NCBI RefSeq assembly: GCF_038025025.1
Contig: NW_027117344.1
Coordinates: forward strand, 620,001 to 684,000
Direction of reading: 5' to 3'
DNA from: Phyllosticta citribraziliensis
Lineage: Eukaryota
DNA: 64,000 nt
Part shown: piece by piece, positions 51,653 to 64,000 of the stretch
How the letters are laid out: the number at the start of each line of letters is the position of its first letter
Position numbering within the stretch: position 1 is the stretch's first letter
The notes under the pieces: model-generated
Database searches by the model: none
What the model saw: only the letters and a program-made list of their open reading frames with translations
What the model was told of the DNA's origin: nothing
Program-made: the position numbers and the translations under genes

Positions 51653-54600
51653 TCAGCGGCTAAAGTGACCGCTGGCCGAAGAACCCTCGCTGCTTGGAGT
51701 CTGCGGCGTCTGCGGTTCGAGCGACAGCTGAGAGCGCAGAATCATGATCCACTCGTGCTGGAGCAGCTCGGCCGCCGTCGCCCGCTTGCTCGGGTCCCGC
51801 TCAAAGCATGCCTTCAAAAAGTCAATGCCCTGGTCGCTGAGCTGTTCACGCGAAGGCAGCTGTGGCGGATTGCCCTGGGCAATGTTGTACATGATGGCCC
51901 ACTCATTGTCGAGCGAGGCCCAGGGACGGCGACCCGTCGCCATTTCGAGAATGACGCAGCCGAGAGACCAAATGTCGACCGCACCGTGGCGGCCCTTGTT
52001 CTCGCCCTTGATGACTTCGGGCGACATGTACATGGGAGTACCGGTCATGGACTTTTGACGGCCCTGGCGCGTGGAGGCGTGTTCGGCGGCGAGGGTCTTG
52101 CCTTGCTTGGCAATGATTTTGGCGGCGCCAAAGTCGACAAACTTGATGACACCGTTGTGGTCGAGGAGAATGTCTGAGGGAATTAGCAAAAGATGTGCTG
52201 CAGGATTTAGGGGTACTCACTTTCAGGCTTGATGTCTCGATGCACGACGCTACTGTCGTGAAGGTACGCCAATCCTTCCAACATCTGCAGCGCGTACACC
52301 TGAATTACGGTTTCATCCTCGATACGACCATGCTCGAGCAGTCCAGCCAGTGAGCCGCCAGAACAGTACTCCATAAAGATGTACACCTTGTCGCGATGGG
52401 GCTCGATTCCGTAGTACGACACGATGTTCGGATGGTCAAGCATCTGCAAAACGCCCATCTCGTCCCGAATCTGCGAGACAATCGTTGGGATGAGTTGCGG
52501 ATCCTGCAGGCGGATTTCCTTGACCGCCATGAGGTGGTTGGAGTCGAGGTTGATGGCTGCATACACCGAGCCGAAAGTGCCGCCGCCGATGAATTGACCC
52601 TGTTGCCATCTAAGCGTGACGTTGGTTGCGGACGAAGACAGATAAGTCAGAGCACGATCGGCCTCGTTCGAGTCCTCCAAGACCCGTCCGAGAGCCTGTC
52701 TCTCGGCCTCCTTTTGCTTTCGAATCTCTTCAATGTCCGCCAGCTGCTCGAGCCACTGCTCTCGGACAAGGGCAGCCGATTCTTCGTCATTCTTCAATCG
52801 GCTGACGTCCAGCTGCTTCTTGCCCAACATTGCGTCGATGCGCTGCTTCTCGGCCTGTGCTGCCATGGTAGACCGAGCACCCATAATGTCAAAGTGCGAG
52901 ATGAGCAGAGACATGCAGCCGGCGACTTTGGCCCTGAGTTTTGCGTACTCTTCCTCATTCAAAGACAGGATGTTCTGGCCCCGGGTCATCATCATGGCAA
53001 ACTCCAACGCGACGACCGCCCATCTAAATGTCTTTCGGTCCGAAGCAATGCAGTCATCGCAAATGAAACTTACCCAGTCAAGAGCCAATCTCGTGAGCTT
53101 GAGGTTGTTAAGTGCCCGGCGGTTGAAATCCATGTAGTAAACTGAACGCTGTCCAAACTCGGTGGCGAACGCGAAACAAGTTTGAATCAGTTCCTGGCAC
53201 TCCAAGCCGAGGGTTTGCCTTCTGATGATTTCGACACTGTCCATGATGGTGTTGGAGAGCTTGTAGGCCACCTTCTTGATGCGTTGAAGCTCCAAGTTGA
53301 CTCTCGGAAGGTTTGCTCTTTGCTCCACGAGCTTGGTCAGGTCGATGCTCGTTGCTTGAATGAAGGCAGTGTTGGCGTTGGCTAAGCGTGCCTGAGCACC
53401 ATCGGCGATCAGACGCATGCGGCCGGTCTTGATATCGAGATGCGGCTGGCGCGCTTGAGTATGCATGCGAGGTCCATGCCAGTAATGGGGATGCTCTGGC
53501 TTTAGGACCAACAGATATGGATTCGTAGGGTCATCTGTGACTTCATCCGTGTGATAACAGGTACCGAGCAAAGACTGAATGTCTTGGGGGCGATCCATCA
53601 AGACAGGAGAAGCAATGAAGAAAAGGCCCTTGTTGTCATTCGAGGGAAGGGTCTCCACAAGGAAGTGTCCGCTCATTTCCAGGGCGGTGTACAGATCTTG
53701 CATAGACTCGTCATCAATGTTGATGTTGTACTCGGTCGAGTTTTCGAAGCGCGTCGTCAGTATCCTCGAAAAACGGAACAATTTTCGCTGCCGAACACGG
53801 ACGGAATCCAAGATGGTCTTGTAGCGTTTGTCCATCTCCGCACCAGCGACCTCTTCCGGCCGCCGCTGCAGTTCCTTTTCAAAGTGAGCGGTAAGACGCG
53901 ACAGAGACTTGTACGTGAGGTAGCTGAACTGTTCAGCAACTTCCACGTCACCACCCTCCAAGTGCTTGCCCAAAGACTTGGAAAACTCCCATTCCTGCTC
54001 CAAGATTTCGGCTTCCTTGAACGTATTCTTGTTTGCAGAAAGCTTCCAGTTCAACATCCTAAAGTAGAACTTGAGTGCGTCGAGCACGACGGCGTCGAAA
54101 TTCTCCTCGATACAAGGTGGAGGATCCCAGCCTTGTTCAGGCTGAGAAACTACCGTGTAGGCTTCCTTGATCTTGATGGCAAGGTTGAGCAGGATTTGAA
54201 ACTGCGAAATCATTTGCTCTGCCATCATGACGCCCTGTTGGGCTGGGTCTTTCATTCTCTTGGCGTAGGATAATCGCATCCGGATAATCTCTTGCACGAG
54301 GCGCGAGGGAAAGTTGATCAACGTAAGAAGCTCCTCAACATAGGGTGGAAGGTGGCGGTCGACAAAGGCATTGGCGTTTGCTATCAGGGTAGCTTTTGCC
54401 TTGTTGATGACTTGGTTCAATCCAACCAAAAGACTGTTGTCGCTTTGGAGAGATTTCAATCCGTCTTCCTTCAAGATGCGGTCGATGAAAGAAGAGTCGT
54501 CGGTCAAATGGCTGTCTCGCTCTGAACGGTCCCTTCTCTTGGAAAAATCCAGCTCGTCGTTGCCGACCCAGCTTCTCAAAATTGACAGCTCGGTGTTAAT

Positions 54601-55824
54601 GAGCTTTGTCGTGTTGTACCAGGCAATGACGGCATCGCAGCTCTCGCGGAATGGCGCCGACGCAGCTCGTGGTTGGGCTTGTTCCAGGGCCTGCCATGTG
54701 GGATACAAGCTCTCAATCTTTCCAATCTTCTGGACCACATCATCAACCTGCTCCTGAGCTGTCAAACCAACTTCGGCCTCGCCTTTGATCTCAAAGGCAA
54801 TGATTCCTTCGATTGTGCTCTTTGCTTTTGAGCGACCATCGTCAATCAGGCGTCGTTGCGCTTGCAGAGTTCTTCCGCAGGTTTTGGCTCGTATTCCCAT
54901 CCAGATCTCCGTCTTGATTGTGTTGTCTCCCTGCGACTCGGTTCCGCCAATCAACCGCTTCTTCTCTTGCTTGACCACGTCTCCGGTCAAGACGCTGGCG
55001 AGCATTGAATGCCACTCCAGCCTTTCTCGATTTTCTGGACGCTTGAGCTCTTCTAACGAGGGCTCCAAATCATCGTTGCCGTAATATAGCAATGTTTCGT
55101 TCTCGTATGGGTCGTTTTCGAGGTAGTCGGTGGTCGAGGGCGACTCGTCATCCGTCTCCGAGTCTTCGCTACTGTAGCCCAGGCTCGGGGTACGCAAATC
55201 GGGGTTGAAGAATTCGTCATTATCTGGGGCGTCTTGCCGTATCCGCTCCACGTAAGCCCTTTCCTGTGCGCGGTATTCGGCGTTCGGGTTCCGGCGCGAG
55301 CGGTTCGTCGAGGCAGCGCGGTGGCGATTCGAGTTGCTGCCCAGCGAATACTGCTGCGGCCTTCGTTGGGGAGCATAGGCATTCGATGGGGTTCGCACGG
55401 CAGAGGGCCGAGGAGGTCTCGAGCTGGTCATGACTGGGGTTTGGGCTGGGACAGGCTCATAAACGCCGTTTGGAGGACCGCCGCTTGATCCGCGTGTTCG
55501 GGGGGCGTAGGCATAGTTTGCGGCGCTGGCCATGGGCGGCACGTCGTCGAGCGGCGGCGACACAATGGCTGGGGCAAATTGGTACTGGCCTTCGGTGTCG
55601 TCGTCGGAGCCATTGCGCTCCCCCGTTGCGCGGTCTGGATCCGACTCCCCGGACGAGGCAGAGCCTGACGAGTCGTTGCGCGGAATGTCGGGCGTGTCCA
55701 TGGCGAGATCGGTGAGGATGAGGCTGTCCGAGGGCTGCTGGACAGGAACCTGCTGGAGCAGCTCAGTGAAGCGGACGCCGCGAGGTGTTGATGGGCCCGA
55801 CTCGGGCTGATTGGTGGTGGCCAT
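51653..55824 (-). CDS. SSK2: HOG-pathway MAP kinase kinase kinase (Ssk2/SskB/Os-4), 1 intron
   Basis: ERLEWHSMLASVLTGDVVKQEK N-terminal domain; kinase WQQGQFIGGGTFG, HRDIKPE, DFG, GTPMYMSPE, RRPWASLDNEWAIMY. Confidence 0.95.
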
Positions 55825-58800
55825 GGCCTTTGAGAGCGCAAGGGATCGGCCTCGAGCTTGGGGCCCGCAACGCGGGAACGGGCTAGGCTCTGTGTGTGGC
55901 GGTGCGAGAAGACGGACGACGCGGCTCAAACATCAAGGACAAAGAGGTGCGACGGGCTCTCGACTTTGCCGGCGACCATGGCATTCTTCATGCCGCTCGA
56001 GAATCCCATCGGATTTTTAGGTCATCCAGTCCGTCTCGTGTCCCCTCATGGGCCATCCTTTTCAACCGGACCCTACGCGCTCCACGTGAGGCTCCGCTTG
56101 GGGCCATGGCCCCTGTCCGGACGCGATCCCCAGCACACTTTTCGATTCCCAAAAAGGTCGGTCAATTTGCTGCTACTCCTAGGCCAACCGGCCAACCAAC
56201 AGGGCCTAGCCCGCAACAAAGGTTTTCCTGCTCGCGGCCGCACGGCTCAAACAGCTGGCCAACGACCTTTCTTCTCCGCTGACACAGCCGCATCATCACG
56301 GGTCGAACGGCCTACCAGCTTGGCTCTATGTTTTCGCCGTCCTACCTCAGATTCTGCAGCCATGCGACGGAAACCCCGACCTTGATCAGCCTGTTGTCCA
56401 GCCCATCGCAAAACCGGTCTCCATCGCCTTTGTCCACGCCCAGGACCAGTGTTGGCAATCAGAGTAGGTAAAAGTTCGCCATGTGGGTGAAAGCGAGCCT
56501 GATTTGGGAGAAAAGACAAGAAACCCAAGTCTTTATGTAGAGGAGTGCCCAGTCAACATGTCACATTCACTTTTGCCAGTTTGACGTGGCTTGTCCAAAA
56601 TGACTGGTAGTCACTAGGCAGATCTAACCATAACCATGTTACCCGAATTCCACACGAGACCAATCGCTTTCACGTGTCGCCGTCTGTCATCACACGGTTA
56701 GCGACAGAAACATCGCAAGAAAACCACACTTCCGAGCTGTGGCTGGACGAGGTTGCGCTTTTAAGAAGATTGGCGTTGAAAATCGAGCACTGCAGACGGA
56801 TACCGACGCCAGAAGAACCACGTGTGAGAAGAAAGGCTGAGACAGGAAAGACGCTGAGGGCTGTTGAATGACAGAAGAATCCCGGATGAACTTGAGAAGG
56901 GCAGACCTAGCAAGTCAGCATTCAGCTTGAGAGCCGCCTACAGATCGCGGAGGCAGATGTTCTGCAGAATAGTGGCAACGGCATTCTGTCTCGAACGACA
57001 AGCGGTCTGGACAGCGAGGGAGATGTCCGTGTCTTGAACTGCAGACAAACACCTATGCAGACGCCATGTCGGTGCCGTGTCGAAACAGCGTGACTGCGAT
57101 GCAGGATGCAGGTCCCGTGCCAAACCATGGCTCGCAGACGGTCCTACCGTCTCAGCTGAAAAACAAAGGAACGCATCACGACTAATCTGACAGCGGTAAC
57201 TGGAATAACTTGGGACGTACAGAGTCTGACCTTAGTGAGACTGAGTATAAGCCAAAGTGAAATTCCAACCGAGAACTTTCTGCTGTTCAACCGACTCGCA
57301 GCAGTTTGCCCCTGCACAGCGTCAGCAGCTCCAGAGGTTTCGAAGCTTGCGACTCCGTCCGACTTCGGGGACAGCGAGAGCATGGCGGTTTGCAAGGCAA
57401 GGATTTTTTCCGAGTGGCTGTCCGGATGGCGGGTCGAGGGGAAGAGAGCGGACCAAACGGGGAGCTAGGAGGTTGGCAGACGATGCCGGCACAACGGATC
57501 GCTGCACGCCTCCGGCAGTCTTGTCTCGAAAAACTTGAAGGGGGTTGAAGCGTTGGTTAGGAGTTGCAGACTTGTTGCCAGACGGAGCGACAGTCATGTT
57601 GCACGACAGCAGCCCCTGCGGACCAGTGTCTTGCAGGCGACTGACCGCCTCAACGAAATAGACGCAGAATAGTGGGGTTTTGACATGTCGTGCCCGTCAA
57701 AGGACTTGGGAACATGCTCTCGAACAGGCCAGATGTCGGATCAAAGAAAGCTCGGGGCTTGGTGGAAAGCGGATGGTGGACAAAGTTCTGCGGATGCTTC
57801 TCCCGCACGTAGCTCGCGAAAGGCAGCTTGGCGTGCATCGGCCTCGTGAGAATCATCCCACAGCCAGGGTTTGGTTCATTCAAAGTGGTCAGGAGCTCGT
57901 GGGGGAGGGGGTTGAAGGCGGCAATCTGGCTGTGCCGCTATCGAAGAAGGATTGCGATGTAATATCAACAGCCAACAGACTGGATGACGATTGGACAGAC
58001 GGAAGAAATCAGAGTGCAAGCGGACGTGGAGGCGGAAGGAAGAAACACGGTTCATGACGGAGGATGAACGCAAAGAAGCAGCTCAAGTCAGCGTCGTGTT
58101 GGGTCCATTGGTTTAGCTGACATGTTCAACGACGCGGGCTGAGCTTTCACCAATCATAGCAAGAAGAGTTATCAGTCGCACCGCTCGCTTACTCGGTTCA
58201 AGGAGTTTACAATGGTGAGAGGATTCGAGATGCACATGGCGTCGACGATTGTTCCATGGCACATGGCGCAACGCAGCAAAGAGGAAGAAGAGGCCGGACT
58301 CGAGATTGCCAGTGGCATGCAGGGGTGGGTACAGTACAGTACAAGGCGGACGACGGAGAGTCGCAGCGGTGCAGAAGCGCCGATGATGTACCTAGGTTGC
58401 TCGAACTTGAATCGCGGAGCTGCTGTGTGAGGCGTGCAAAGGGTACACAGGGATGGTCCAAGGCAGTAAGGAAGACCAAAAGGACAAGCTGAGCAACCAA
58501 GACACGCGGGCCGGTGGGTCTGGCCTGATCCTCATGATCTTCGCCTCCGGCTTCCGTTGGAGCGGCCAGTGCTGAGAAGGGAGCGCGAGCCCAACAACGC
58601 GTTGGAATCAATAAAGAGGCTTGACAAGAGTGCAGAATTGAAGACGCAAACGACGGTCGACGATGCGGCAATGCAAGGACGGGCGTACCCATGACATAAC
58701 ACGCGGCCGGCCAGACTCGCAGCGCAGCGCAGTGCAGTGCAGCGGGCAAGCGCTGGCTGGCGGCACGTTTGCAGCTGGGCGCGTCGTAGTCAGCTCGACA

Positions 58801-59782
58801 GGCCGATGGAGGGACATTGTATCCAGCGAAGCCGTGTGACGGCGTGGATGCCGATGTCAGACGTCGACGACGAAGTGAGGGTTGCTGCGGATGCGCGTGG
58901 TGGTTGTCAAGACGAGGCCAAGCAAGCCGAGCAGTGCAAACACTCCAACTCCAGTCCACTCGAATCCCGCAGCGGCGGTTCTGGAGGCGGGCTCCGGCAG
59001 AGAGAGGGTCGCACCGATTGATCAGGGCACCGCAGGGCCTCGCTCCCGCTGGCTCCCGTCCACCATGGGGCTTGGCGCCGCCGTCGTCGTCAGGTCGTCA
59101 CTCCAGGGCAGGACGGTGGTGAGAGTCAGCTGCTCAGCGACACGATGGCATTGAAACCAATTGACACGGCCTTGGTCACAGTCGAGCGTCATGAAGACGG
59201 GATGGCCGGCGTGGTGTTGAGCGTGAGTGTCGAGTGTATTTCTTATCTGTGCCTTGGCGCCTCCAGGCCGGGGGTCCAGGGTGCCAGGGTGTCAGGGCTC
59301 ACCCAACGCCCGCGGCTTAGCGCAACTTGGGGGTGGAAGGAATGCCTCTGGGACGAAAGGAAAAGGGAGCAGACGCAGACAATGGAACCCGGGGCCCTGG
59401 CAGGCAGTCTGGTGCATTTAAAATAGCTCCGTGGCCGTTGACGTTTACCCTCTTGCTCGCTCTTGGCCCCCTCCCTTTTCCCGCCCGTCGCTTAAGCAGC
59501 CGTGCTTCCTTCCTTCCCTCCTGCTCCATCCATCCACCACCGCAAGGCCTCAGGCGGTGCCAGCCGCACTATCCCGTTTTCTGCCAACCCACAGACACAA
59601 AGCCATATCTTCCATTCGCCCTCCACCTCCACCTCCACCTCGACCTGCCTGCCTTTGTTCCTGTGCACCGCTCCCAGCGCCAATCTCTACCGTCCGCCTT
59701 TGTCTTCTCGAGCCCTCGGCTGATATCAAAAACACCCACCTCGCCCTCGTCTTGGTGATTCACACCTTTCACCAACTCCATC

Positions 59783-61488
59783 ATGTCTGCCACCACGGGG
59801 CTGCCATATGTGCCGCTCCAGGCCTTTCCCACGGATGCGCCCGCCACTGGCGGCGACAGCCTGACCCAAGACCTCAATGTCTACTACAAGGTGACCATCC
59901 TCATGCTCTTGTTGCGCCGCCCTCCGGACTGACGCAAGTGAACAGGCCGGTGACATTTCCTGGATCCTCACTTCCACGGCCCTTGTCTTGTTGATGATTC
60001 CTGGTGTTGGGTATGTCTTCCTCTTTGATGACCCCAGACCGGGGCTCACATTGACCGCGCGCTAGTTTCTTCTACTCTGGTCTCGCTCGTCGCAAGTCGG
60101 CCCTCTCTCTGATCTGGCTCTCCATCATGGCCACGGCCGTCGTCTCGTTCCAGTGGTTCTTCTGGGGCTACTCGCTGTCCTTTTCTCACTCGGCCGGCAA
60201 GTACATTGGCGACCTCACCAACTTTGGCTTCAAGGATGTCCTCGGTGCCCCCTCCGTCGCGGCCACTGCAATCCCCGACCTTCTGTTTGCCATCTACCAG
60301 GGCATGTTCGCTGCCATCACGTAAGTCCAATGGCTCCAATTTTGGAACTTATTTTGAAGCTGACCCGACATCCCAGTGTGGCCCTCGCCGTTGGTGCCGT
60401 TGCGGAACGCGGCCGCATGCTGCCTTGTGTCATCTACATGTTCGTCTGGTCCACCATCATCTACGACCCCATCGCTTGCTGGACTTGGAACCCCAATGGC
60501 TGGGGTGCGTCCATGGGCAGTATCGACTTTGCTGGCGGCACTCCCGTGCACATTGCCTCTGGTTGCGCAGCCTTGGCCTACTCCTACATGCTCGGAAAGC
60601 GTCGCGGTCACGGTACCCAGGAGCTCAACTACCGTCCTCACAACGTCACCCACATTGTAATTGGCACCGTCTTCCTCTGGGTTGGTTGGTTCGGCTTCAA
60701 CGCTGGTTCGGCCGGCGCTGCGAACCTCCGTGCTGTCATGGCTGCCGTCGTCACCAACCTTGCAGCTTGCGTCGGTGGTATCACCTGGTGCTTGATTGAC
60801 TACCGCCTCGAAAAGAAGTGGTCGACCGTCGGCTTCTGCTCTGGTGTCATCGCCGGTCTTGTTGCCATCACTCCTGGTTCCGGTTTCGTTCCCGCTTGGG
60901 CCGCTGTTGTTTTCGGCATCGTTGGAGGCGCTTTCTGCAACTACGCCACGAAGCTCAAGTATTTCCTCCGCGCTGACGACGCCCTCGACATTTTCGCCGT
61001 CCACGGTGTCGGTGGATTCGTTGGCAACATTTTGACCGCCTTCTTCGCTGCGTAAGTTGACCCATTTCCAAGCTCTTGCGCACACTAACTCTCTCAGTGA
61101 CTACATTGCCCATCTCGATGGCACCACGGAGATTGACGGCGGCTGGATTAACCACCACTGGGTTCAGCTTGGCTACCAGCTGGCTGACTCAATCGCCGGC
61201 GCAGCCTACTCATTCGGCGGTACATGCATTATCCTCGGCGCCCTGGGCTTCCTTGGCAACTACGTTTCGATCTTCCGCCTTCGCGTCTCCGAGGAAGAGG
61301 AAGTCCTGGGCATCGATGACTGCGAGATTGGTGAATTTGCCTACGACTACGTCGAGGTCAGCCGTGAAGCCAAGGTCCCTGAGGACATTAGCGACACTGC
61401 TTCTCACCATTCCATGATGCGGACCGCCAGCCACGAGGGCCACGAAAAGACTCATGACTCGATGGGCTTTGAAAACCACTCTTCATAA
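59783..61488 (+). CDS. Ammonium permease (Mep/Amt family), 4 introns
   Basis: FYSGLARRKSAL, QWFFWGYSL, DFAGGTPVH, FLWVGWFGFNAGS, GLVAITPGSG, DDALDIFAVHGVGG, GIDDCEIGEFAY. Confidence 0.95.
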
Positions 61489-62049
61489 GAAGCCTCGGGA
61501 TTTGTTTCACGGCCTTGGTTATTTGGCCATGACGGAGTTCGGGCTGCTGGGATGTGTAGATAGAAGTTGAAAAGGCTATTGCCCATGCGGCGGTTTTTGA
61601 TGCGCGATACCCCTGTAATTACCCATCTGCTCCTCTTGGTTCGCTCAGCTTCGGCTGTGACGGTGCGGGCGGGAAAGATCATGATGGGGTCGGAACGGTT
61701 TCCTTTGACTCGTAGTTCGGATAGCAAAATTTTCTTTTCTCACCATCCTGAACGTCGAATGAGGTGTCGTTGAGCGCTTCGTCCCGGGCCTGATCCGTCT
61801 GCCACGTGTGTTGGGATGTGCAGGTGGGGATTTTCAGTTTGGCCTTGGAGGCCAAGTTCGTATCGATAAGACTGCCAAGACTGCGCCAACGTGACGTACT
61901 TTGAGCTCCGCAGCGACTGCAGTCCGTTCCCACCAAAACCTCTTCGACTCTGTGCATGCAAGAATCGCACCCCGCCCTAACCTTTCCGGAAATCATACCA
62001 AAACTCTCTGTCGACCAGGGGCTGCGCGCAGGAGCTAGCCCAAATCACG

Positions 62050-63621
62050 ATGCCTGCGCCTGGACTCCAAGACCTGGGCGCAAAATCCGACGAACACCCT
62101 GAGCAGCAAGCCTCATTCCCGCAGACCCAGGAGGAGATTGACAACGACCCACGCGTCTCGTGGTCAATCTCTGGCAACAAATACATCCTCGAGGAAGAAA
62201 ATGGCACGGAATGGGCATACGACCCTAAGCTTCAAAGATGGATCCCATCGGTAGGCTGAAGCCCTTCTCCCTCGTCGCAAACCGTGAAAAACATCCATGG
62301 CGCTGGTTTCTGGCTTTCTTTTTGGCGAATACTCCAACGATGTCTCGAGGCTCCCGTATTGACTGGTTCCGATCGTGTGCAAACAGCTTGACGAGGACGA
62401 TCTTGCCAGACAAAGTGAAGCTTATGCGGTCCCCGGTGTCGACCAGCAAAGCACAGCGGACGCCTTCGACGACTTTGAGCAAAACGTGAGGGCGGAGCCT
62501 GGCGACGCGGACAAGAAGACAAAGACTGCGCGCCCCAAGAGGAAGCGTGAAAAGGAGGAGAAGCGTCCTGTAAGGTTGCCCACTCCACTCTCCGTGTCTT
62601 TGGCTGAACCTTGTAGGCCCAAAATACTGCGGTATACGCGACCTCGATCCCTCTCGATGCGACTGCCGAAGAAATCGAAGAAGTCTTCGGCAAATATGGA
62701 ATGATTGCCGAAGCTCTGGAAGACGGCAAGAAGCGCGTCAAGCTCTACACGGATGACAATGGCAACTTCAAGGGAGACGCCCTCATCATCTACTACCGCC
62801 CTGAATCGGTCGAATTGGCCATCTCCATGCTGGATGATAGCGAGTTCCGCTTTGGAACCAAGGGCCCCAACGGCAACATGCGCGTCCAAGTGGCAGACTC
62901 GTCTTACAAGAAGCAGAAAGACGATGACAAGAAGCAACACTTTGAAAGCCGCACCCACTACGATCGCGAAAAGTTTGCCAAGAAGTTGAAACGTCACAAG
63001 GAGAGGATGGAAAAGTGAGTGTCAAACGGCTTGACGGCTGCACAAATGCTTACACGCGGGTAGGAGGATCGGCGAATGGAGCAGTGAGGAAGAAGAGGAA
63101 CGTACGCGTTGGGAGAAGAATGTCGTCCTGAAGCACATGTTCACTTTGGCGGAGCTCGAGGTATGGATCCGTCGAGTCCTCGGCCCATCGACATCGGCTA
63201 AGCCCCATCGCAGGAAGACAAGGACGCCTTTGACGAAATCCACGAGGACATCCAGGAAGAAGCATCCAAGTACGGAGAAGTCACAAAGGTCAAGATTTGC
63301 GACAAGGAAGTGGACGGCGTCGTCATTGTGCAGTTCAACGACTTTGACGCGGCCGAACGCTGTGCCGCAGCTTTCAACGGCCGCTCCTTCGACGGCCGCA
63401 CAGTCGTTGCGTACATTTCGCAGCAACGAGAGAATTTCAAGGCAAAGAGCTTGGAGGAGCGCACGGGCAAGTCGGAGGAGGCGCGTATCGACGAGTTCAC
63501 GACCAAGTTGGAGAAGGGCGAGCTGGCAAAGAACATTGACGGCGGCGAGCTTCCTCCTCTCTCGGACGCTGCCGCCGAAGGAGAGGCTTCCAAGGGAACG
63601 CCTGGTGCCGTTGCCCCTTGA
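62050..63621 (+). CDS. U2 snRNP-associated two-RRM splicing factor (CUS2/Tat-SF1/Uap2-like), 4 introns
   Basis: NTAVYATSIP, VKLYTDDNGNFKGDALIIYYRPESVELAI..LD, VVLKHMFT, DIQEEASKYG.V, FNGRSFDGRTVVAYI. Confidence 0.88.
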
Positions 63622-64000
63622 CCACGCTTCTCGATCACTTCGATCTTGGACAGCAAGCATAGCATATGAGCGCTTTTACACTGCCAAAGCCCCAATCGTC
63701 GTTGGCGGGAGGCATGAATACCTCGAGCGCCACCATGACCAGCATGGGTGACGGCTATCACGCTTGTCGTTGGAGTCAAGCAACGAGAACGCTAGTTTCT
63801 CGGTTGGGTACCTCTGGCAGACAGACGAGGACTTGGTCTTCAAAGTGAAGCCAGTTGACGGGGGAAAATTCAAGAGAGAAAACAAATCTAAATCAACAAA
63901 TCCTCCTTCAACACTGGCCAATCAATATCTTGACTGTGGAAGAAGAGACGATGCTAGCGCTCAGATGTCCCGCCCGTATCCCTTGGTTGAAGCAGGCATG

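Noticed and set aside
56000..59700. ORFs in the SSK2/ammonium permease divergent region, such as 58207-58959
   Set aside because: No protein-like motifs; consistent with a long promoter region

Overview
Eukaryotic, intron-rich genomic DNA from a filamentous ascomycete (Pezizomycotina; Dothideomycete-like is an impression only). About 20 spliced protein-coding genes are recognisable: pkc1, an MFS sugar porter, an orphan Cys/His-knuckle + RGG protein, threonine synthase, an orphan type I membrane protein, a GT25 glycosyltransferase, an auxin-efflux-carrier-family transporter, cpc-1/cpcA (GCN4 orthologue), tRNA ligase TRL1, an aldo-keto reductase, FAM192A/NIP30, TEX1/THOC3, a phacA-fahA-hmgA aromatic catabolism cluster, a GPI-type Cu-only SOD, RPL33 (six short exons, missed by the ORF track), ARG1, SSK2 MAPKKK, an ammonium permease and a CUS2/Tat-SF1-like splicing factor. 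Most notable: (1) the orphan zinc-knuckle/RGG gene is bracketed by oppositely oriented arrays of a GGGAGCATTC motif, with one more copy in its intron; (2) the cpc-1 leader has two uORFs and a stop-free in-frame extension reaching back to the uORF1 stop; (3) hmgA has Gly at a normally conserved Glu and an overlapping upstream ORF; (4) TRL1 has an in-frame presequence-like extension. All exon models were read by eye; no searches were run.
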